From assembly GCA_026770705.1 (NCBI GenBank), contig JANJGN010000009.1, forward strand, positions 124,682,001 to 124,746,000: 64,000 bases of DNA. Reading direction: 5' to 3'. The DNA is from Isurus oxyrinchus (Eukaryota). The notes beneath the pieces were generated by a model. The model did not search any database. It was not told where the DNA came from and worked only from the letters and a program-made list of their open reading frames with translations. Each line of letters starts with the position of its first letter. The first letter of the stretch is position 1. The translations under genes were made by a program, and so were the position numbers. This document shows positions 1 through 11,526 of this stretch, in pieces.

Positions 1-850
1 GATTCTGGAGCAGTCCAAGTCCAAATGCAGCAAGACCTAGACAATATTCAGGCTTGGGCTGACGTGGTAAATAACATTCGCACCTCACAAGTGCCAGGCA
101 ATGACCATCTCTTTCAAGAGAGAATTGAACCCTTTGCCCCTTGATATTCAATGGCATTACCATCACTGAATCCCCCACTATCAACATTTTAGCGGGGGTT
201 ACCATTGACCAGAAACTGAACTAGATGAGCCAAATAAATACTGTGGCTACAAGAGCAGGTCAGAGGCTAGGAATCATGTAAGTCACCTCCTGACTCCCCA
301 AAGCCTGTCCATTGTCTACAAGGCACAAGTCACGAGTGTAAAGGAAAACTCCCCACTTGCCTGGATGAGTGGAGCTCCCACAACACTCAAGAAGCTTGAC
401 AAGATCCAGGACAAAGCAGCCTGCTTGTTTGGCAACATATGCACAAACATTCACTCCTTCCACCACTGACGCAAAGTAGCAGCAATTTGTACCATCTACA
501 AAATGCACTGCAGGAACTCACTAAGGCTCCTTTGACAGCACCTTCCAAACCCATGACCACTACCATCTAGAAGGAGAAGGGCAGCAGACAGATGGGAACA
601 CCATCATCTGTAACTACCCCTCCAAGTCACTCACCATCCTGCCTTGAAATATATCACCGCTCCTTCACTGTTGCTGGGTCAAAATCCTGGAACTCCCTCC
701 CTAACAGCACTGTGGGTGTACCTAGTCCACATGGACTGCAGTGATTCAAGAAGGCAGCTCACCACCACCTTCTCAAGGGCAACTAGAGATGGGCAATAAA
801 TGCTGGTCCAGCCAGTGAAGCCCACATCCCGTGAACGAATAAAAAAAAAT
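1..850 (+). mobile_element. 3' fragment of a CR1/Zenon-like LINE (degenerate RT C-terminus and 3' tail)
   Basis: Remnant YKAQV..SPLAWMSGAPTTLKKLDKIQDKAA; 3' tail aagggcaactagagatgggcaataaatgctgg..cccacatcccgtgaacgaataaaaaaaaa. Same family as 12665-13185 and 32044-35302. Confidence 0.85.
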
Positions 851-859
851 TTTTAAAAG

Positions 860-1295
860 AGAGGGTGCCCCAGAAAAGATTTACAAGAATGGTTCCTGGA
901 ATGAGGGACTTCAGTTACATGGATACATTGGAGAAGTTGGGGTTGTTTTCATTAGAGAAGAGAAAATTGAGAGAGTGATTTAAAGTCATGGGGGATCTAA
1001 ACAGAGTAGATAAAGAGAAACTTTTCCCATTGGCGGTGAGGTCCAGGACTGGAGGTCACAGATTTAAACTGATTAGTAAAACCTTTTTAATACAGCGAGT
1101 AGTTACGATCTGGAATGCACTGCCTGGTGGTGAAGGCAGATTCAACCGTGGATGAGTGTGAGCACCTGAAGGGAAGAAATTTGCAAAGCTACAATGAAAA
1201 GGGCAGGGGCCTGGGACCAGCTAAATTACTCTTGCAGAGAGCTGGCACAGGCTTGACGGGCTGAATGTCCTCCGTCTGTTTTTATGATTTTATTC
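860..1295 (+). mobile_element. Degenerate 3' fragment of a CR1 LINE
   Basis: RFTRMVPGMRDFSY..LEKLGLFSLEKRKLR remnant and CR1 3' end (gggctgaatg..cct..tatgattttat); homologous to 20760-21230. Confidence 0.75.
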
Positions 1296-1303
1296 TTTTC
1301 CAT

Positions 1304-2010
1304 GGACAGGATTTTATGCATTGGTGAGTGGGGAGTGGGGGGAGGGGAGGCGTAAAATGACATGGGATGACGTCAGGCAGAACTCCCAACGTCACAGCGC
1401 CCCACTTAAGTTTTCAGTTCGGAGGGGTCGCAGTGAAATCAGCTGTGCGCCTGCCGACCTGTCAACGGCCAATTGAGGCCATTAACAGAGTCAATTAAGT
1501 AATTAAAGGGCCTGCCCATCCAGCCTTAAGGTCGGCGGGCAGGCCAGGAACCCTGGCGCGAATTAGAAAAAGCATCAAACCTCATCCACAGGCGGGATGA
1601 GGATTCATGTAGGTTGTAAAAAATTTTAATAAAGGTTTTGTATAAAATATTGACATGTCCCAACTCATGTGACATTGTCACATGTGGGGACAAGTTAGGG
1701 AAATTTTATTTTTCTATTTTTAAGCTTTTAACATTTAGAGCTGATCTCCCTGAGGCTGCACTTAACCTCAGGGAGATGAGTGCGCTCTTTTGTGCGCATG
1801 TGCGAAAGAGCGCCCTCTCGATTTCGGGATTCCCCCCTGCCCGCACAGGGAGCGCACAGCACTTCTGTGTGGACGTTATGCTGGGCAGGCCTTAACTGTC
1901 CCGCCCATGTAAAATAGCACCTCACCTCCAATCAGGGGCACCGTTCAGAAGCGCGCCTGTGCATGCCTGCTCTTCAACTTCATCCCCAACAGGGGGGGAA
2001 AATTCAGCCC
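1304..2010. mobile_element. Non-autonomous Harbinger-type MITE
   Basis: Terminal inverted repeats ggacaggatttt / aaaattcagccc of the GGGCWGRATTTT type seen on the coding Harbingers in this window; flanks cat/tat; no coding capacity. Confidence 0.65.
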
Positions 2011-3559
2011 TATTTCCCTAATCCAATTATTGTGATGTTGCCTTAGATTCATGAACTCAGCATGGACTAGACCTGCCATCTATCCAGTCTGATGGCTCCA
2101 TTACTCATTCACTCAACCAGAGGAACTATTTGGAGAGTATACATCATACTTTTAGACTGAAATTCAGTTTGATTAAATAAAATCCAATGGCATTGTAACC
2201 AATCTGCAACACTGACTTCTAACAACTCAGAGCTGTCCCTTCCAGAACTACCCTTAGTGAAAACAATCAGAGCTGCACTGTTCATTACCAGTAACTAATT
2301 GTACTGTCCTTGTGTGAAGAACATTCATAACGAAGGAGCCGTGACCAATTCTTCATGTAAATCGATTCGTGCACTTGAGCCAGAAACGATAACAATCCAA
2401 TTGGAAACCTTAATGAATGCTATAAGTAAAAACGCATTATGCCGTCCTAGCCAGAGACTGGGAAGGATAAGGAATCTATATTCCTACAGCTACTGTATAT
2501 GTGGACCTGTCTGCATCAATAGTAATTACATTGAGAGAATAATGGGTTGTAACAAACACACGAAGCAGCAGAAATAATGGCCATGAAATTCGATAATTCC
2601 TGATCAGGGATCATGATGCGCAATAAACCCTCACTGCTGCTTTCCGTGCAGGCACCATTCAAACTTCCTTCTGCCTGATCATTTAATGATTGTAGCTTGA
2701 GCCAATGGCAAATGTATTATTTGATACCTGAGCAGGGGGCACAAAATTGTGAGAGACTAGCCCGAACTGAAGCTAGCCGGTCATTACTTAAAGCTAGTCT
2801 GCATCTTTTAAAAGAGAGGTGTATTCTGGCTGGAGGAGCTGCTGCAATTTATTGCACAACTGATTTTCACCAGGAAAAGATGCACCACTGGCACAAGATG
2901 GCATGTGTGGGCTCGAAGCTTTTCTGACACTTCACAGGAGGTTTAGAATATGGAGAACAGGAGAGCTTCCATCTATCCACAGGGGGCCATGAGGCCCTCC
3001 AGACAAAACCTACAAAGGCAATGGGGCCAGATAGTTGTGGTATGATTCTAGCCCCGAGGACATGGATGCAGTGCCGCAAGAAGTTCAATGAACTCATACG
3101 AGTTGTAAAGGTCAGTGAATGTATTTTCAAATGCCATATCTCAGCAATTGCACCAATAGCCTTATACATTGCCAAATGCATCACACTACCATCATCCATC
3201 TCCCAAAAATCAATCAACTCACTCCTCACTTTCATAGCTTCACTTCACATGCACATACTTAACACTGCTGTAAGCCTCACCCCCACATCTCACAGCTTGT
3301 ACACATTGCCAGCGCTTCAGCCATGACAGCCACATCACCTAAATGCTTTGCTCTACAACCACCAACACACTTCCATCTCTCTCACATAGACTGGAGGCAG
3401 CACACTTAACCAATAGGAACAGGCATAGATCTGCATGATTGTGCTTCCTGCTTCTCTCTGACAAGACAGAATGAAATATGTTAAGTTCTCTTAGAATGCA
3501 CAGCCTCAGTAACTTCCCCTATACAACTGTGGACAACAAACTGGACAACAAATATCAAC

Positions 3560-3903
3560 TGTTCCTGCCTGGAAGGAATGAGATGCATAAAAGTTAATTT
3601 CCACGGTCACCTTCACAGCCACCAGCAATGCCGTTCTTGTACTGCTGTGAGGTTGCAGTTGGGCCTGCAGCAAGGGCAGATTTGATTGAGGACCTCCTTA
3701 GTGAAGCTGAGATGTCCGATACACTATTCCTCCCTATTCAGGTCAGAGAATTATTCCAGCAACATCCAGGATGGATATGGCATCCTGCTGAGAGCCCTTC
3801 TCCCCCTCCTTCCTCTTCAGCAGTTTGTCCTTTTCTGTATCTCCTCTGCTTATTCTCTCTGTCAGGTTGTAAACCAAGGGTGATGCTTATAATTGCACCA
3901 ATG
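3560..3903 (-). pseudogene. Harbinger (HARBI1-like) transposase N-terminal remnant
   Basis: Minus strand reads ..RRGRRALSRMPYP..TALLVAVKVTVEINFYASHSFQAGTVDIC, matching [15 protein letters not shown] in the transposases at 8177-9426 and 41860-43036; contains stops. Confidence 0.7.
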
Positions 3904-4004
3904 GTTGGGAACAAATGGTTTGCACAGAATCCTTGAATTCAAGACCAAATCCAAGGCATGTGCCATACCATTTGCTGCAGGCTTCTGTCAACCATGGTTT
4001 GGTT

Positions 4005-4337
4005 GGTGTGATGAGGTTCTGGGTTTAAGTCCCAATCTGGGATTTGAGCATCGAAAGCGAGGCTGACACTCCAGTGCAATACTGAGGGAGGACTGCACTG
4101 TTGGAGATGCTGTCTTTTGGATGAGATATTAAACTGAGGTCCCTCTGCGACGGATGTAAAAGATCCCTTGGCACTATTTTGAAGAACAGGGGAGTGCTCC
4201 TTGGGGTCCTGGCCGATATTTATCTCTCAATCAACATCACACAAACGGATTATCTGGTTATTATCATATCACTGTTCATGGGAGATTGCTGTGTACAAAC
4301 TGGCTGTGGCATTTTCCTATATTACAATATAGATGAC
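4005..4337 (+). mobile_element. Deu-domain SINE (SacSINE1/AmnSINE1-like), 5' part; interrupted
   Basis: ggctgacactccagtgcaatactgaggga..ggatgtaaaagatccc.tggcactatttt..gtcctggccgatatttatc Deu-domain-like core; breaks at 4337 and resumes at 13711. Confidence 0.75.
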
Positions 4338-5768
4338 AGGCGGAATCATCTCTTCCCATCAGTGGTGGGATTCAAGGCGGGCGAGGGCGGAAGATATGTC
4401 GGAATGTGAAAAATCGGTTTCCCGAGGGCGGGATCTTGTTCTCCTGACTTTCACAGTGGGCTGACTTTCCCATCGAAGCTCGTCGGGAACCCGGTTTGAA
4501 CCTCATTCACACTCATTAACACCCAGAGAGGCCGGATCTTCTGCCCCTGTCGAATCATCCGCCCCGACAGAGGGAATTTACGCTGTTTAGTCTCACGACC
4601 TGACAAATGTGGCATGCACCCAGCGAGGGAGAATTTTGGAGCACTTACTTTACAGTCAGCGCTGCCTGCACCACTGGAGGTGACCGCAGGTACGGTACAC
4701 ACGGAAGACACAAGGGAGGTTGGGGGGATGTGGGGGGAGTGGGGGTGGGGGGGGGGGGGTCCGGAGGTGACAAAGGGAGGGGTGGGTGGAAGGGTGGAAG
4801 GTGCAGCGAGAGGGAGGGGTGGGGAAGGAAGGTGTGAAAGGGCTGGGGGAAGGAGGAAAAAATGAAGGGAAAAGTGGGGAGTGAGCAGGGAGGAGGTTGT
4901 GGGGGCCGAGTGTTTCAGGGGGAGGGGTCCGTTGAGTTCATGTTGTAATCCTGGGGAAGAAGTGAGGCTGCAGATCGTAAGAATGGACGGTGCCTGTGAG
5001 AAGGTGAAATGGGATGTGCTGGGGTGATATGCTTAGGGTTTAGGTATGGTGGGTGTAGTTTACATCTGGAGAATCATTGAGGGAAACAAGGATGGCAGCA
5101 CAGATTACAGGAGTGGGGGGTATCAGGGTGGGCACGGGGATGGTGACAGGTGTGCTGTCAGCGATGATGGAAGGCATGCTTAGTTTGACTGTGATAGTGT
5201 CCAGGGTGATGGAGTGAGGTTCAAGGGTTACAGAGGGGAGAGTGAAGGTCACATTGTGGGGGTTGATAGTGATGGGGGGGGTGTTAGTGGGTGACAGGGG
5301 GAGGGTAAAAGTGGTGGAGATCATCTGATACATGGCACGCACCATCCTGCGACAGAGGCAGCTCCAGACCAAGGCAATGCCTTCGATGCCCAACTGCAAA
5401 ACATTGATGTGGGGAGAGGGTCTTCTCGATTGGGTGGAGTTGAAGGTCAGCACAACTGGACAACTAAGAGGAAACCCGAATAATCATGGGGAGACTGTGG
5501 GCAGAATTTTCCCAGAATTGCACTAAGTGCAGTAGCGGATGGGTAAAATGGAGTCCTAGTCACCAATGAAAATGGCGGGTTTTTACACTTCCCGAGCCCA
5601 CCTCATTATATATTCACTCCCGCGAAACACACCGTTTCCATGGCGGGCAGACTCTCATTTGCCCACTCGCCATCACCTCACTGTAGCATCACGCCAGCTG
5701 CCATCTTTAAAAGGCAGCCACCAGCAAAGCGCTCATCACCACCAGCTCACCACCGCTGCCTAGGAGAC

Positions 5769-7463
5769 ATGACCAGCAAAGGAAAAAAGACTGCAGCCCC
5801 CCACTTCAATAACCGGTCCCTCGAGTGACTGGATGCCATGGATGCCCGCCGGGATGTGCTCTACCCCCGCACTGGCCGCAGAATGGACAGCAAAGTCACC
5901 AACCCAGCTTGGGAGGCGGTGTCAGGGCTGGACCTGCAGAGGAGGACAACCGCCCAGTGTCGCAAAAGGATGAATGATCTCCGTTCCGCCAGGGTAAGTC
6001 ACTCATTTCATCACTCCCAACTCGCACACTCACAAACCCATCACACACCCCCAGGCCCCTCACTCACTGCCAGTGCAAGGGACATCACCATTCACTCTCA
6101 CACACACACACACACCACCATTGTCCTCATCCCGTCCATGGGACCACACACCACCCACACAGGCCAGGCACATGTATCATCTGGCCCGGCAGGCATCCTG
6201 ATACCCTCTCCCCATCTCTATTCATGCAGGACAAACTGGCTCACAACAGGAGGGAAAGGTCACAGACAGGTGGAGGGATGCTAGATATCAAAGTTCTGAC
6301 AGAATTCGAAAACAGAGCCACCCAGCTGGCCGGCAATGACCGGGACCGGTCCTGTGCTGACAATGAGGTCAGCGCTGCTCTACCAGGTGAGGAGCCAGCA
6401 GTGCAACATCCATCAGACAACCATGCTGTGAGTGATGTGTCCTGTTTCACAGGCCACTGCCATGTATTAATTATCTCCCCTTGCTTTCACAGGCACATCT
6501 GGGAAACAGCCGACAGAGTCCATGATCCAGAGCCCCCAAGCAAGCCCCGAAGAAACCTCTGAAGAGGAATCTGGAGGCACCGTCCTTGAAGTCCCATCAC
6601 AGCGCTCACCCATACCCTCCATCAGTGCAGAGACACACACCTCAGTGGGACCTAGCTTTAGAACAGCCCTGGGATCACAATCTAGTGAGCACATCGCACT
6701 GTCTGATCCACAGCAGGCGGAGGCAGGGACTTCCCAGGTCTCCGGCACTTGGAGGACTGCTGGAGGCCAGAACTTTGCTGAGTTCGAGTCAGATGACGAG
6801 CCTCTGGGCTCGGTCATGTCACAGTTGCTGGAGCTGCAAAGACAAGCAGACAAGCTCGGGAACATCAGGAAGGGATGTCCACTGCACTCCTCAGATTGCA
6901 AGGCACGACGGAGAAGCCCGTCCATTTTCAGGCTGACGTGATAGTATCGGCATTGCAACACACCGAGGTCAACCCTGGCAGGATGGTGGCCGCCATGGAG
7001 ACCTTGGTTCAGGATGTCACTCCTGCACTGCTGTGCAGGCTTAACTCCATCGCTGATGCCATTGTTGGCCTCCAACAGTGTGTACGCATGAGTGGTGCTG
7101 GGCAACTCAATCTCACTCCAGCTACCCCTTCAGCTCATGGAGTCAGCCAGGAGCCCTCGGACACCCATAGGGTGGAGGATCAGCAGTTGCACACTCCGGG
7201 GTCATCCACTCAGGTGACCCTGGGAGTGACCGGCCCCTGTAACTCCCCTCTTCCTGTGACCCCTGCAGATCCAGGTTCAGACTGACATACAGCAGGACCC
7301 TGAAAGCAGGTCAGAGCCCTCCAAGTCTCGGCCCTCCAGAGGACGCCTGCCAAAGTTATCACAGACAGGGCATCACAGTTAGCAGGCTGCCTCCAGCTCC
7401 GCTGTGGATGTCTGGGGAGCACCAAGACATAGCAGCAGGGTAAGGGCAGTTAAGGAAAAGTAG
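5769..7463 (+). pseudogene. Harbinger Myb/SANT-like DNA-binding protein, three exons (5769-5993, 6230-6386, 6493-7463), with stops and a frameshift
   Basis: MTSKGKKTAAPHFNNRSLE*LDAMDARRDVLYP..AWEAV..RTTAQCRKRMNDL; donor AGG|gtaagt, acceptor atgcag|DKLAHNRRERSQTGGG, donor CCAG|gtgag, acceptor ttcacag; basic C-terminus. Confidence 0.85.
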
Positions 7464-8176
7464 TTGCACAGCCTGGCCGCGGGTGTTGATCACTTGTGCA
7501 TACTGTTCACTATTGGCAATAAACTAAGAATGTCTCCCTGCCTGTGGCTCCTTGTTCTGATGAGCAGTGTTCTTGTCACTCAGATGTGAGACACAAGATA
7601 AAAGGCAGGTGATTCAGTACAGGGCCTCTTCCCTGTGCTCTGTGCAGCCTTCAGACCAAAGTGATGGTCCGGCCTCACACCCCCTGGAAACATTACTGAT
7701 GCCTGTACCTCGGCAATGCTGGTCATGGCTGCCAGAATGTAGCGGGCAGGCGTCACAGAGTCCTCTCATTCTCTCTGTGTGCTCTCAGCACCTTTAAGGT
7801 GGGGCTGGCCCCCATCACACCAGCATCTGCGACCAGTGATGCTGTGCACCAGCTCCTGAAGGGCTGAGGTGCTGAAGGTGGACACAGCATCAGATGCATC
7901 TAAAGTTTCATGGCTGCATCTCTGAGATGGCCCTGATCACAGAGCAAAAGTGAGCTGCCCTCGGCCAGACAGGAGTCAGACATTCTCAGAGGCTATGTGA
8001 AGATCTATGAAGTGTCCTCACTGCATGTTGTCATCATCCTCCTGTAATCGAGTGACTATTAAGGACTCCAGTACATCTCCATAACAGGAGCATTCTCACA
8101 GAGGGTATTAGCGCTGCCATAAGCCAGACTGGAGTCAAACGTTCAAAACTGCGCTGTGAAGATCTATGGGAACACC

Positions 8177-9426
8177 TCACTGCATGTCGTCATCATCCTC
8201 TATAAATCAGGCATCTATGAGGGCTTCCCGAGAACGCCTGCCTCGTCTAGCCAGCGCGAAAGCCTAATCCCCGTCATCGTCACCACTGAGGACCCCTTCA
8301 CCCTTATCCCCGTCAGCATCCTCCTCATCGGAGGAGATGTGCAGCTCCTCCATCTCCTCCTCAGCCAGCTGGTCTCCCCGTTGTAGTGCCAGGTTGTAAA
8401 GGGTGCAGGAGACGACGACGACGATGTGTGACACCCTCTGCAGACTGTATTGCAGGGCTCCACCAGACTGGCCTAAGCACCGGAACTGCATCTTCAGCAT
8501 CCCGGTGGTCTGCTCCACCAAGTTGTGAGCTGCTGCATGAGCCTCATTATAGCATCGCTCTGCTGCAGTCTGAGGCCACCGCAAGGGTGTCATCAGCCAC
8601 GGCCTCTGTGGGTAGCCCTTGTCCCCAAAGAGCCAAACCTGCAGCCTCTATGGACCCAGGAAGACTGCAGGGATCTGCGAGCAAATCAGGATGTAGGCGT
8701 CGTGCACACTTCCTGAAAACTGTGCGCATACCTGCAGGATGCGTTTCTGGTGGCTGCATATTAACTGCACGTTTAGAGATTGGAAGCCCTTGCAGTTGAT
8801 GAAGTCCACTGAGTGTAGCGATGGAGACATGAGCATCACATGAGTGCAGTCAATCGCACCCTGCACCTGTGGGAATCCTGAGATCAGGGAAAATCCAATG
8901 GCCCTTGCATCCTGACTGTCCCGGTCCTGGGCGAAATGAACAAAGTTGTATGTCATGGAGAAGATGGCACCTGTGACCTAATGGGTGCATTTATGGGTGG
9001 CAGATTGTGAAATCCCACAGAGATCACCTGTGGATCTCTGAAAGGAGCCACTGGCATAGAAATTGAGCGCTGTGGTTACTTTCACAGTCACTGGCAGTGG
9101 ATGCCCTCCATGTCCCCTCGGCGCCAAGTCCTATAGTAAGTGGCAGATGTGAACTACCAGGACCCTAGAAATGTGCAGTCATTGGTGACACTGGTTCTCA
9201 GTCATCTGCAGGAATGGCAGGTGGCATCTATAGACCCTGGGTGTCACTAGGCGCTGACCAGCCACGACTCGCTGTCGTTCCTGGGCAGTGTGTGCTGGAG
9301 CCTCAGCTGCCCCTTCGTGAGGTTGCTGCTCCTGCCTTTGCACAGCCAGGACATCAGTCGCGCTCTTCTCCATTTTCTATGGTCTCTGTAGGCCATCAGG
9401 CATACAGCTAGATCACCAGGATCCAT
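8177..9426 (-). pseudogene. Harbinger (HARBI1-like) DDE transposase, disrupted
   Basis: [80 protein letters not shown], acidic tail; several in-frame stops. Confidence 0.92.
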
Positions 9427-10314
9427 GATCCTGACGTGGTCTTCCTGCAGCATGAAAGAGACAGGGAGAGACGTGGTTATCATGGCTGTACTTAGCATCC
9501 TTTCCTGGCCCTGTGTGACTGCCCCTTAATGCTTCCCGGAGAGTACTGGTCACCCCTCAGATGGCCAGAGATGAGTGCGCTGCATGGCTACCCTGTCAAC
9601 CTGCGACATGGGGGACACTGGTCCAAGCCGGGTGCTGAGATTGCAAGGGGCTGAGAGCACTTCCAGCAGTGACTGCTACATGGCCAGCATTGGCGAGGAG
9701 ATTGTACAACATGCGCAGCCCAACTGCTCTGCAGTCCAAGTGGTGGCGGACTCCAAGCCTGTGCCAGGATGGTGGGGTTGTGGGGGGTGGGGGAGGGTAA
9801 GGTATGGAGCAATTGGTGGCACTTTGGTGCCTCGGCAATGCTTGCATGGGTGGGTAGGCTTGGAGCCCGACCTCAATCATATCACTGTTGCTGCGGCTGA
9901 TCTGTCTTAGTTGTGGAGGCAGGGTCAGTTTATACAGGTGTCCCTAATGCGTGGCCATTTCCCACGCTTACCCTGCCCCCACCTCGATTGCCTGTGCGTG
10001 GGATGCAGCGCCAGGGCAGCACTTGATCCATCCTCCTCTGCCACCCCCCCCCCCCCCCCCCCCCCACCTCAGCAGTCGCCTCCAAGGCTGGCCAGCACTT
10101 GCCCCTGGACAGCAACTCACCCCGCCACTAACCCCCCTCAGCAGTTGCCTTTGGGACCAGGCATCAGCTGCACCCACCTCCTCTCCCAACCCATGGCACC
10201 CCTGAGGCCTGTAAACAGCAGGCGAGCTGTGGAAAACGCTGCTGCTCACTCTCTTCAGTTCCCCCAAAGTGAAGACCGCCAAGTGCACTTTGCCTGCGTG
10301 CTGTTGTGAAACAT

Positions 10315-10662
10315 GGGAATTGATGGCATAGTGGTATTGTCACTGGACTAATAATCTAGAGACCCAGGATAATGCTCTGGGGACCTGGGTTTGAATCCCA
10401 CCATGGCAATTGGTGGAATTTGAATTCAATAAAAGTCTGCAATTAAAAATCTAATAATGACCATAAAACCATTGCTGATTGTTGTAAAAATCCATCTGGT
10501 TCACTAATTCCCTTTAGGGAAGGAAATCTACTGTCCTTACCTGGTCTGGCCTACATGTTACTCCAAACCCACAGCAAAGTGGCTGACTCTTAAATGCCCT
10601 CTGAACTAGGGAAGTTAGGGATGGCCTAACCGGTGATGCCCACATCCCATGAATGAAAAAAA
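10315..10662 (+). mobile_element. tRNA-derived SINE matching the 5' head and 3' tail of the CR1/Zenon-like LINE
   Basis: A box tggcatagtgg and B box ggtttgaatcc; body matches the reverse complement of about 35010-35302; tail gcccacatcccatgaatgaaaaaaa matches the LINE 3' end (about 820-850 and 32044-32110). Confidence 0.85.
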
Positions 10663-11526
10663 TGTTGGCATGCTTTTCTGCTGATGCATGTGGATGACAT
10701 GGCGGAGTTCCACAAGCCTGGGGGGATGACCTTTTAATTATATGCTTATGTATTACAATTAGCTCCCTGCCGACCAATGGCGGGAAATGTGGCCCATCAT
10801 TGGCGGGCTGAGCAGACAATCGCGACTTGCCATCACGCTGCCATGAAGCAGGTTGCGCCATATTTTCCATGCATGCCACCTATCACGCCCGCTGCCAGCG
10901 GGCTTGGAAAATTCCACCTCGAATGAGAGCTTTGAGATTTGCAAATCCTCACTGTCTGGTGAAGGACACATGACAGCAGGTCTGGTCCAGAGGGTTCTCA
11001 TTATAATGAGATCCCAGCAAGGTGAAGAGCTGCTGTTCACTCTGCACCATTGGCCATTAGCTCTAGGCAGAGTTAGGGAAGAAGGGAGGGAGGGAGGGAG
11101 AGGAATGCCTACAAGGAGCATGCAGGTTAATAGTAGCCAGCTCGCGACTACAAACATCCATTATCCGGAGGGAATGGACGTGCCTGACAAGGGCTCATGT
11201 GGTTCGTTTTTCTATTATGACAAGGCGAAGGTCTCTCTATAGAGTCTTGAGGACAGTGGATGTAAGTGGAATCATGTGAGTGGGAGGCCTCTCGCACATG
11301 GCTTTCATCACCCTTGTCAAAGAGCAATGTCTCTGTGTGCAGGCATGTATTAGGAGGATGAAGAATCATCCTTTGTCTTCGCTGGAAGGGGTGGAGTGCA
11401 CCCAACTATTTAAACAACTAGCAGCAAGAATGAATCCAGGAGGTTTCCAATCAGTGCAAGCTAACATATATTTACAAGTGCCAAAAATATGTATAATGAT
11501 TGTACACTCATGCCACCAATGTTCAT

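Larger units (their letters stand above)
5499..10919. mobile_element. Two-gene Harbinger transposon (Myb/SANT gene and DDE transposase, convergent), decayed
   Basis: TIRs gggcagaattttcc / ggaaaattccacct; contains both characteristic Harbinger genes. TSD not clear. Confidence 0.85.

Noticed and set aside
6467-7105. 212-aa minus-strand ORF and similar antisense ORFs within TEs
   Set aside because: These are antisense shadows of GC-rich transposon coding sequence with no independent motifs.
8177-9426. Domesticated HARBI1 or NAIF1/MSANTD host genes (also 41860-45156)
   Set aside because: Multiple stops and frameshifts, and enclosure by TIRs, indicate decayed transposons.
10315-10405. tRNA gene (also 35215-35302)
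   Set aside because: A and B boxes are present, but the sequence runs into SINE/LINE body and I cannot fold a complete cloverleaf.
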